The notes under the pieces were generated by a model that was not told the DNA's origin, ran no database searches, and saw nothing but the letters and a program-made list of their open reading frames with translations. From Clostridiales bacterium (GTDB taxonomy: Bacteria; Bacillota; Clostridia; Christensenellales; CAG-314), in assembly GCA_022508305.1 (NCBI GenBank), contig JAFLVM010000002.1, positions 91,729-155,728 of the forward strand: a stretch of DNA of 64,000 nucleotides, read 5' to 3'. Made by a program: the position numbers and the translations under genes. Within the stretch, counting starts at the first letter, position 1, and the number at the start of each line of letters is the position of its first letter. Below are positions 55,285-62,934 of the stretch, one piece after another.

Positions 55285-56409
55285 ATGTCAGATTATTTTG
55301 GTAAAGAAGTGTTCAAATTGGGCTTTGGGCTAATGCGTTTGCCGCAAAATGCCGACGGCAGCATTAACGTTGAAGAGACGTCGGCAATGGTGGACAAGTT
55401 TATTGCGGCGGGCGGAACCTACTTCGATACGGCGTTCGTGTACGGCAACGGCGAATCGGAAATTGCCACTCGCAAGGCTCTTGTGGAAAGATATCCGCGT
55501 GACAAGTACACCCTTTGTACCAAGTTGTGCGCTTGGCAACAATGTCACGACGAGGCAAGCGCAAAGCAGCAGTTCTACACCAGCCTTGAGCGGACGGGCG
55601 CGGGCTACTTCGATTACTATTTACTGCACGCACTGCAACAAGGCAATTACAAAAAATACGACGAGTATCACATTTGGGATTTTGTCAAAGAACTTAAGCA
55701 AAAGGGGCTTGTCAAATACTTCGGTTTTTCCTTCCATGCGTCTCCCGCGTTGCTTGAAGAACTACTTAAGGCGCATCCCGAGGTGGACTTTGTGCAACTG
55801 CAAATCAACTACGCCGATTGGGACAATCCCGACGTTGCTTCACGCGAATGCTACGAAATTGCCCGCAAACACGGTAAATCCATCACTATCATGGAACCCG
55901 TCAAGGGTGGCGCGCTGGCAAATCCCCCACATAGCGTCAAAGATGTATTCAACGCTGCAAATCCCAAAGCGTCCTACGCATCTTGGGCAATAAGATACGC
56001 GGCAAGCTTGGACGGAATTATCACGGTGCTTTCGGGCATGTCCAATGTTGCGCAAATGGAAGACAATCTTTCCTACATGACACATTTCAAACCGCTATCG
56101 GCAGCAGAACAAGCGGTGATTGTACGCGCGCAGGACGCCTTGAAAAACATCAGTACCATTGCGTGCACGGCGTGTCATTACTGCACGGACGGTTGTCCAA
56201 AGAACATTCCCATTCCGGAAATTTTTGCCGCTCGCAACAGACATTTGCGCGAACTCAACGCGTGGCGCGCGCGTGGCGACTACCAAAAAGTTACACATGG
56301 GGTGGGAAAAGCGTCCGATTGCATACGTTGTGGACAGTGTGAAGGCGCTTGTCCGCAGCAACTCAAAATCACGGATTTGCTTAACGAATGTGTAGAAAAT
56401 TTGGAATAA
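55285..56409 (+). CDS. Aldo/keto reductase with C-terminal 4Fe-4S ferredoxin-type domain
   Basis: ATG 55285 after SD AGGAGG. LGFGLMRLP...FDTAFVYGNGESE (AKR) and a C-terminal CTACHYCTDGCP ... CIRCGQCEGACP. Confidence 0.85.
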   Translation: MSDYFGKEVFKLGFGLMRLPQNADGSINVEETSAMVDKFIAAGGTYFDTAFVYGNGESEIATRKALVERYPRDKYTLCTKLCAWQQCHDEASAKQQFYTSLERTGAGYFDYYLLHALQQGNYKKYDEYHIWDFVKELKQKGLVKYFGFSFHASPALLEELLKAHPEVDFVQLQINYADWDNPDVASRECYEIARKHGKSITIMEPVKGGALANPPHSVKDVFNAANPKASYASWAIRYAASLDGIITVLSGMSNVAQMEDNLSYMTHFKPLSAAEQAVIVRAQDALKNISTIACTACHYCTDGCPKNIPIPEIFAARNRHLRELNAWRARGDYQKVTHGVGKASDCIRCGQCEGACPQQLKITDLLNECVENLE

Positions 56410-56432
56410 TTCCTTATCACCAAAATAAAATA

Positions 56433-56465
56433 ACGGCATAGATAAACATGTCTATGCCGTTTTTC
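56433..56465. terminator. Bidirectional terminator between convergent genes
   Basis: CGGCATAGA (56434-42), 8-nt loop, TCTATGCCG (56451-59), with A-run and T-run flanks. Confidence 0.85.
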
Positions 56466-56487
56466 AATTATTTTATATACGTCTTTA

Positions 56488-57966
56488 TCAATTTTGTTCG
56501 CTTTGTTCGTTATTTTCAATTTCTTTATCAATTCTGTCATTATTTTGTTGATTGTCTGTTGGTACTTGTTCGGTTTCTTTCTCTAATCTTGTTAAGGATT
56601 TGAAAAACATAATTGTTAAGACTGCGGCAACAATCATTGCGATAAAATCTGCTGCGGGCGCGGCGTACAGTATACCCTCAATTCCGAAGAAGATGGGAAA
56701 TACGGTAATAAGCGGAATAAAGCAGACGATATCTCTAATCATAGAGGAAATTACCGCGCGGATGGGTTTGCCCACTGCTTGGAAGAAAATGGACGTCATC
56801 TTGATTGTGCAGGTAAAGGTTACAAGGCTTAGGAATATGCGGAAGGTTTTTACGCCGAATTCCCAATAGTACTCGGGGTTGACTTGTTTGGGATCAGGGT
56901 CGCCGAACAAGCCAACGACAGCGCGCGGAGCAAGTTCAAACAGTAGTGTGGAAATCACGCCTATCACCACTGTGCAAAGCAGTATTCTAAGATACAGTCC
57001 TCTGACACGGTCGTATTTTTTCGCCCCCATGTTGTAACTTATGATAGGTTGACAGCCCAAAACGATACCCACTACGATATTTATTACAACGGTAAACACC
57101 TTACTTTCAATTCCGATAATAGCAATTGGAATGTTTTCGCCGTATTCCGACATGGCGCCGTACTCGGCGAGCATTATGTTGCAAACCAACGAAATAATGA
57201 CGATTGTCATTTGTGTAATAAATGAAGAAGCCCCGAGCTTCAACGCGTGCTTAAACTCATTGAAATCGGGAATTAGACTTTTTAAGTTAAGCTTGAAGGT
57301 TTTTGTTTTGAATATGAAGTAAATCAACGATACGACGAATGAAACTGTCTGACCTATTACGGTTGCCACTGCCGCGCCTGTCATTCCCCAAATGGGAATC
57401 AACACGGGGTCGAGTATGATATTGATAAGTGCGCCGCCGAGCATAGAAACCATGGAAATAGCAGGTCTACCGTCAGCGCGAATAACGGCGTTCATCATGT
57501 TGGACAGCATGTAAAAGGGGAAGAATGCCAAAATCCAATTGAAATATTCCACGGCGTAATCGATAACTATCTTGTCACGCGCACCGAACAAAGTGATAAT
57601 TTGTGTTTTCAGCGGAAAGAACACCGCCATGAGTACCAAACTAATGGCAATGGTAGCAACGATGCCTGTACCTATTGCTTTGTGGGCGTTTTGCGCATTC
57701 TTCCGTCCCTGACATATGTTTAGATAGGCAGCGCAGCCGTCGCCAATGCACCAAGCAAACGCTTGCGCAATGATAAATATCGGGAAAACAACGCCTGTTG
57801 CGGCATTGCCCAAGGCGTTCAATTCGCTGTTTCCGACAAAGATTTGGTCAACGATATTGTATAGCGCGCTTACCAAAAGAGATAGCACACATGGAATGGA
57901 AAATTTCAGCATCAGTTTGGAAATCTTCATTTCCCCTAAAAATTTTGATTTTTCTTCTTGTTCCAT
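56488..57966 (-). CDS. MATE family efflux transporter
   Basis: 492 aa. ISKLMLKFSIPCVLSLLVSALYNIVDQIFVG and a 12-TM pattern. SD GGAGG before ATG 57966. Confidence 0.9.
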   Translation of the reverse strand: MEQEEKSKFLGEMKISKLMLKFSIPCVLSLLVSALYNIVDQIFVGNSELNALGNAATGVVFPIFIIAQAFAWCIGDGCAAYLNICQGRKNAQNAHKAIGTGIVATIAISLVLMAVFFPLKTQIITLFGARDKIVIDYAVEYFNWILAFFPFYMLSNMMNAVIRADGRPAISMVSMLGGALINIILDPVLIPIWGMTGAAVATVIGQTVSFVVSLIYFIFKTKTFKLNLKSLIPDFNEFKHALKLGASSFITQMTIVIISLVCNIMLAEYGAMSEYGENIPIAIIGIESKVFTVVINIVVGIVLGCQPIISYNMGAKKYDRVRGLYLRILLCTVVIGVISTLLFELAPRAVVGLFGDPDPKQVNPEYYWEFGVKTFRIFLSLVTFTCTIKMTSIFFQAVGKPIRAVISSMIRDIVCFIPLITVFPIFFGIEGILYAAPAADFIAMIVAAVLTIMFFKSLTRLEKETEQVPTDNQQNNDRIDKEIENNEQSEQN

Positions 57967-57992
57967 ACAAACCTCCGATAGTTACACTAAAG

Positions 57993-58022
57993 CAAAAAAC
58001 GACACTTCGTCGAGTGTCGTTT
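57993..58022 (-). terminator. Intrinsic terminator inside the MATE leader, 26 nt upstream of the start codon
   Basis: 8-bp stem ACGACACU/AGUGUCGU, 6-nt loop, U6 tail. It lies between the promoter (58122-58150) and the SD. Confidence 0.75.
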
Positions 58023-58095
58023 GCATAAAAATACGACACCTGTGACCGCTCCGTACCGTAATCAGATTTACGCGCATTTGCGCCACATGTGTCGT
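57993..58095 (-). promoter_or_regulatory. Structured 5' leader of the MATE gene: three-way alternative pairing (attenuator or riboswitch candidate)
   Basis: On the minus strand, segment A is ACGACACATGTG (58095..58084), segment D is CACAGGTGTCGT (58044..58033, followed by AUUUUUA), and hairpin E is ACGACACU-CGACGA-AGUGUCGU plus UUUUUU (58020..57993). D can pair with either A or the left arm of E. Confidence 0.6.
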
Positions 58096-58121
58096 TAAGC
58101 TTTGTATATTCGTTTTGTAAA

Positions 58122-58150
58122 ATTATATCAAAATTTCAACCGCAAGTCAA
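58122..58150 (-). promoter_or_regulatory. SigA-type promoter for the MATE gene
   Basis: Minus strand: TTGACT (58150..58145), 17-nt spacer, TATAAT (58127..58122). Confidence 0.65.
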
Positions 58151-58199
58151 ATTTAATTTGACGTGCTACTCAAAAATTTCTTGCTGTATTTAGTAGCTA

Positions 58200-59183
58200 C
58201 TACAAGTTGTCTTTTTCGTTGTCAGATGGCGGTGTGTCGCTATCTGCATTGTCACTTTTGTGCTTGTGTCGCTGGTGGAGCGTTGGCGCAACCTCTACCA
58301 AAATGACCGCGGCAAGCACCAACAGCCCGCCTACAACCGTTTGCCAGCTGAAGGGCTCGATGAGTAGCGCCATTGAAAAGATTGCGCCTATTGCCGATTC
58401 GCAGCCCAGTATAAGCGACGTTTCGGTAGGGGGAACTATCTTTTGCGCGTATGTTTGCGCGTAGTAGGCAAACGCCGTTCCGCCGAAAATTACTATCAGC
58501 AGCTGCCACCAGTTGTCACCCACAGCCACGAAATCAATTGACGCGTAGCTCTTGCTCTCGAAAATTACCGAGTACAGCAACAGCAGTACCGCCGCAAACG
58601 CCACCTGCCAGAAGGTAAGCTGTACGCGGTCGATTGTGTTCTTTTTGAAGCTGTAGTCCGTCCAAAATATTTGCAACGCAAACACAATTGCGCACGCTAC
58701 GGTAAGTCCGTCGCCGACTAACGTGTTGGTTGCGCCCAGTTCGTCGACGTTGAAGTTGAGTACGACTAAGCCAACAACGGCTACGGCAACGCCGACAAAG
58801 CAAAACCAACCGGGGCGTTTTTTGTAGGCTATCCAGGTGATAAAGGGAACGTACATGACGTACGACGCGGTAAAAAAGCCGCTATGCGATGGAACGGTGT
58901 ACTTCAGACCTATCGTTTGCATCAAGAAGCCCGCAAAAAGCAACACTCCGCCCACGCCGCCGTACAACAAAACCTGCTTGTTGAGGCGTATTCTCTTGTT
59001 GAAAATGGCAAGCAAGCACAGCGCAGAAATACCGAATCTCAGCGTAAGCAACAGTGACGGCGTATCGTAGAATACGGCGTCTAACAGTTGGTCATTGAGT
59101 ACGAATCCCGCTCCCCAAAACAGTGCGGTCATCGACAGCATCACCAAGCCTATTGCGTATTGTTTTTTACTTGTCTTTGTCAT
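58200..59183 (-). CDS. DMT-superfamily (EamA-type) transporter
   Basis: Start MTKTSKKQYAIGLVMLSMTALFWGAGFV (ATG 59183). 10-TM pattern with two EamA halves. The longer ORF running to 59264 would run through the leader terminator and is rejected. Confidence 0.85.
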   Translation of the reverse strand: MTKTSKKQYAIGLVMLSMTALFWGAGFVLNDQLLDAVFYDTPSLLLTLRFGISALCLLAIFNKRIRLNKQVLLYGGVGGVLLFAGFLMQTIGLKYTVPSHSGFFTASYVMYVPFITWIAYKKRPGWFCFVGVAVAVVGLVVLNFNVDELGATNTLVGDGLTVACAIVFALQIFWTDYSFKKNTIDRVQLTFWQVAFAAVLLLLYSVIFESKSYASIDFVAVGDNWWQLLIVIFGGTAFAYYAQTYAQKIVPPTETSLILGCESAIGAIFSMALLIEPFSWQTVVGGLLVLAAVILVEVAPTLHQRHKHKSDNADSDTPPSDNEKDNL

Positions 59184-59188
59184 CTTTC

Positions 59189-59226
59189 TAAAAAAATAAC
59201 GACACACTAAAATATTAGTCTGTCGT
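59189..59226 (-). terminator. Intrinsic terminator inside the DMT leader, immediately upstream of the start codon
   Basis: Minus strand: ACGACAGAC (59226..59218), 10-nt loop, GUGUGUCGU (59207..59199), then UUAUUUUUUU. It sits downstream of a consensus promoter, and no upstream same-strand gene needs it. Confidence 0.7.
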
Positions 59227-59297
59227 TGAATTCCCGAGGCGAATGGACACGGGATTTCTCCCACATTTCCGTCGGTTATTTTGTTTTGTTACGATAT

Positions 59298-59326
59298 ATT
59301 ATATGCAAATTTCCAAATTTTGTCAA
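59298..59326 (-). promoter_or_regulatory. Consensus SigA promoter for the DMT gene
   Basis: Minus strand: TTGACA (59326..59321), 17-nt spacer, TATAAT (59303..59298). Confidence 0.7.
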
Positions 59327-59545
59327 CAAACAAATCCACATAATTTGCCGTCATTCCCTTAAAGTGGAGTACACAATGTTGTTGCTGCCGTGAGTTTTGG
59401 GTACGTAAGTTAAATTTAGTCCTCGTTTCTTGGCATTCCGCTTGAGATGGCAAGCAGTAAAAATAGAGCAAAATAACAGGATTGTATTATTGAGTTGTTT
59501 TCAAATAATTGCATTTGGTAAATATAAATGATAAAATATTATATA

Positions 59546-59561
59546 TGTGAGTATGCTCACA
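59546..59561. promoter_or_regulatory. Perfect palindrome TGTGAG-TATG-CTCACA upstream of malQ (candidate LacI/GalR-type operator)
   Basis: The 6-bp arms are identical to the half-sites of the symmetric lac operator (TGTGAGC/GCTCACA) but have a 4-nt centre. It lies 29 nt upstream of the malQ ATG, next to an AT-rich -10-like region. Confidence 0.45.
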
Positions 59562-59589
59562 TAGTGTATATCTCATATTTGAGGCATTT

Positions 59590-61056
59590 ATGAAATCAAG
59601 CGGTATATTGTTGCATATCACCTCGTTGCCCTGCGCCAGCGGCGTGGGATCTCTCGCCGAGGTGGACAGATTTATTGAATTTTTGCGTGAGTCCAAGCAG
59701 AAGTATTGGCAGATTTTGCCCATTACGCCTACCGATTTCGTCAATTCGCCCTACGCGTCGCCGTCGGCGTTTGCAGGTAACACCCTGTTGATTGACGCGG
59801 ACGAGCTTGAACGCTGCGGGCTTGTAAGCGACGAAACGCTTGCGCAGTCGAAAAACGCCCGTGGCAACGACTACGGCTACGCAATCTACCACAAGGAATT
59901 GATACTGCGCGAGGCGTACGCTAATTTCATACGGGACATTCCTCCAAGGGATTTCGTTGATTTTTGCGACAAAAACAGCTATTGGCTCAACGACTACGCG
60001 CTGTTTTGCGCGCTCAAGAAGCATTTTGAGGGCAAATCTTGGTTGGAGTGGTCGGACGAAAAGGCGCGCATGCGCAACGAAGACGCACTCAAGGCGTATT
60101 CAGTTCAGCTTGCCGACGAAATCGAGTTCGTACAGTTTTGTCAGTACCTGTTCGACAAGCAGTGGAAAAACTTTCGCCAAAAGCTCAAGGACGCTGACGT
60201 AAAATTGATTGGCGACATTCCTATCTACGTTGCCTACGACTCGGCGGACGTGTGGGCGCACCCCGAGCTGTTCGAACTAACAAAGGAGAGACGTCGCCCC
60301 CGTCTTGTAGCAGGTGTTCCGCCCGATTACTTTTCGGCAGACGGACAGCTGTGGGGCAATCCGCTGTACAAGTGGTCTGCGATGAAAAAAGATAACTACG
60401 ACTGGTGGACGAAACGAGTCGGACGCTGTGCGGAGCTGTTTGACGTACTGCGTATTGACCATTTCCGCGCATTCGACAGCTACTACGCAATCAAGTACGG
60501 CGCGACAACCGCCCGTGTGGGAACTTGGAAAAAGGGAGTTGGCTACAATTTCCTCAAGCATATTCAGGACAGTTTTCCCAGTCTGACGATAGTAGCGGAG
60601 GATTTGGGCGATATTCCGAAGAGCGTTCTTGAACTACGCGACAAATGTGGACTTGCAGGCATGAAAGTGATGCAGTTCGGCTACGACGGCAATCCGTCAA
60701 ACGCGTTTCTTCCGCAAAACTTCGAGGAGCATTGCGTAGCCTACCTCGGCACTCACGACAACGACACGACTGTCGGTTGGTGGAATAGTCTCAACGATTG
60801 GCAACGCGGAACGGTACGCGGCATGAGCGGCGTTGACGGTGAGCATATCAGTCTTGAGCTCATCGAAAAGTTAGCGTTCAGTCGCGCCGAACTGGTAGTG
60901 TACAGCATGCAGGATTTGGCAGAAGAGGACACTAACAGCAGAATGAACGTTCCCGGAACACTCGGCTGCTGGAAATATATGGCAAAACGCGGAGATTTTT
61001 CGCAGGCAAACGCCAAGTGGCTTGCGGAACTCACAGTAAAAAGTCACAGAGCATAA
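59590..61056 (+). CDS. malQ: 4-alpha-glucanotransferase (amylomaltase)
   Basis: 488 aa. The N-terminus SSGILLHITSLPCASGVGSL, then RIDHFRAF, and AEDLG with catalytic residues. Confidence 0.93.
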   Translation: MKSSGILLHITSLPCASGVGSLAEVDRFIEFLRESKQKYWQILPITPTDFVNSPYASPSAFAGNTLLIDADELERCGLVSDETLAQSKNARGNDYGYAIYHKELILREAYANFIRDIPPRDFVDFCDKNSYWLNDYALFCALKKHFEGKSWLEWSDEKARMRNEDALKAYSVQLADEIEFVQFCQYLFDKQWKNFRQKLKDADVKLIGDIPIYVAYDSADVWAHPELFELTKERRRPRLVAGVPPDYFSADGQLWGNPLYKWSAMKKDNYDWWTKRVGRCAELFDVLRIDHFRAFDSYYAIKYGATTARVGTWKKGVGYNFLKHIQDSFPSLTIVAEDLGDIPKSVLELRDKCGLAGMKVMQFGYDGNPSNAFLPQNFEEHCVAYLGTHDNDTTVGWWNSLNDWQRGTVRGMSGVDGEHISLELIEKLAFSRAELVVYSMQDLAEEDTNSRMNVPGTLGCWKYMAKRGDFSQANAKWLAELTVKSHRA

Positions 61057-61071
61057 CTTATTGGAGACAAA

Positions 61072-62934
61072 ATGGCTAACAGATTTACAGAATTTTACAA
61101 TGGCGAAAGCGTCAACGCCTACGAGCTGTTGGGTTGTCACAAAGAGAGCGAAGGTCTTTACCACTTTGCAGTGTGGGCACCCAACGCCAAAGACGTTTGC
61201 GTAGTGGGTGACTTCAACAACTGGCTGTTTGCTCACGACAAACTTCAGCTTGTTGACGGCATTTGGCAGCTTACGGTGGAGGCGCGCGCGGGTGACTGCT
61301 ACAAGTACGCCATCACCACGCAAACGGGCGCAGTGCTGTACAAAGCCGACCCGTACGCGCGTTTTTCCGAGGTCAGACCGAATACGGCAAGCGTAATTTA
61401 CGACCCCATTGAGCCATTTCAATGGACGGACGACAAGTTTGTCGCCAAGCAGAAGAAAAAGGACGTTTACAAAAGTCCCGTCAACATTTACGAGGTGCAC
61501 GCAGGTTCGTGGCGGCGTCACTACGACGGAAGGCTGTACAGCTATCGCGATTTGGCAAAGCATTTGGTGCCCTACGTCAAAAAAATGGGCTACACCCACG
61601 TGGAATTTATGCCCCTTGCCGAGCACCCCTTTGACGGTTCCTGGGGGTATCAAATCACGGGTTTTTACGCCCCTACAAGCCGCTACGGAACGCCCGACGA
61701 CCTTAAATATTTGATAAACGAATTTCACAAGGCGGGCATAGGCGTTATCATGGACTGGGTACCCGCGCATTTCTGCAAGGATTCCCACGGACTGTACGAA
61801 TTTGACGGCACTTGCTGTTACGAATCTGCCGACGAATTCAAGAAGGAACACAAGGGCTGGGGTACGCGCATATTCGACTACTCTCGCTACGAAGTACAAA
61901 GCTTTCTCATTTCCAACGCCTTGTACTGGCTCAAGGAATTCCACTTTGACGGATTGAGAGTGGACGCAGTGGCGAGCATGCTGTATCTTGACTACGACCG
62001 CAAGGACGGCGAGTGGCGACCCAACAAGTGGGGCGGAAAGGAAAACCTCGAAGCAATCGACTTTTTGAGGAAATTGTCCGTCAAGGTGTTTGAGGCTTGC
62101 CCCTACGCGCTGTTCGTAGCAGAAGAATCCACGGCATTCCCCAAGGTTACTCACCCAACGTACGTGGGGGGCTTAGGTTTCAACTACAAATGGAACATGG
62201 GGTGGATGAACGACGTACTTTCCTACATGAAAACGGACACCTTGTGGCGCGGTGACAACCACAACAAACTCACCTTCTCAATGTGTTACGCGTATAGCGA
62301 AAACTACGTTTTGCCTCTGTCGCACGACGAAGTGGTACACATGAAGGGAAGTCTCATCAACAAGATGTTCGGCGACTACGACACTAAGTTCGCGCAACTC
62401 AAGGCATTGCTTGGCTTCCAATTTTCTCACCCCGGTAAGAAACTGAACTTCATGGGCGTGGAACTCGCGCAGTGGAACGAGTGGAGCGAAGCGCGTGAGT
62501 TGGATTGGCTGCTGCTAACCTACCCCAAGCACGACAGTCACAAGCTGTTTGTTCAGGAGCTAAATAAGGCTTACAAGAAGTACAAACCGCTGTACCAAAA
62601 CGATTCCAACTGGGAAGGCTTCAAGTGGCTGCTGCCCGACGACAGCGTAAACAGCGTTCTTGCTTACGAGCGCAAGGACAAGAAGGGCAACACTGTGCTT
62701 GCAATCGTCAATTTCAGCATTTACGACTACACTAACTACGGTTTCTACATGGACGCAGGAGAGTACAAGCTCGTATTAAACAGCGACGAACAACGCTTTG
62801 GCGGTAGAGGAGTGGACGTTGCTTGCGAATTTGCAACAAACGAAGATGGCTATGCAGAAGTAAACATTCCCGCTTCGTCCGTGATCTACTACTACAAAAA
62901 AGCAACAAAACAAACAAAAAAGAAGGAAAAATAA
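61072..62934 (+). CDS. glgB: 1,4-alpha-glucan branching enzyme
   Basis: 620 aa. GYTHVEFMPLAEHPFDGSWGYQ, DWVPAHF, FDGLRVDAVASMLY and the EESTAFP GH13 motifs. Confidence 0.95.
   Translation: MANRFTEFYNGESVNAYELLGCHKESEGLYHFAVWAPNAKDVCVVGDFNNWLFAHDKLQLVDGIWQLTVEARAGDCYKYAITTQTGAVLYKADPYARFSEVRPNTASVIYDPIEPFQWTDDKFVAKQKKKDVYKSPVNIYEVHAGSWRRHYDGRLYSYRDLAKHLVPYVKKMGYTHVEFMPLAEHPFDGSWGYQITGFYAPTSRYGTPDDLKYLINEFHKAGIGVIMDWVPAHFCKDSHGLYEFDGTCCYESADEFKKEHKGWGTRIFDYSRYEVQSFLISNALYWLKEFHFDGLRVDAVASMLYLDYDRKDGEWRPNKWGGKENLEAIDFLRKLSVKVFEACPYALFVAEESTAFPKVTHPTYVGGLGFNYKWNMGWMNDVLSYMKTDTLWRGDNHNKLTFSMCYAYSENYVLPLSHDEVVHMKGSLINKMFGDYDTKFAQLKALLGFQFSHPGKKLNFMGVELAQWNEWSEARELDWLLLTYPKHDSHKLFVQELNKAYKKYKPLYQNDSNWEGFKWLLPDDSVNSVLAYERKDKKGNTVLAIVNFSIYDYTNYGFYMDAGEYKLVLNSDEQRFGGRGVDVACEFATNEDGYAEVNIPASSVIYYYKKATKQTKKKEK

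Noticed and set aside
60871-62154. A 427-aa minus-strand ORF across the malQ/glgB junction. Similar antisense ORFs lie at 62776-63558, 40328-41344, 32636-33628 and 1664-2344.
   Set aside because: All lie antisense to genes with strong homology signatures. They cross gene boundaries and have no SD or recognisable motifs. I treat them as shadow ORFs.
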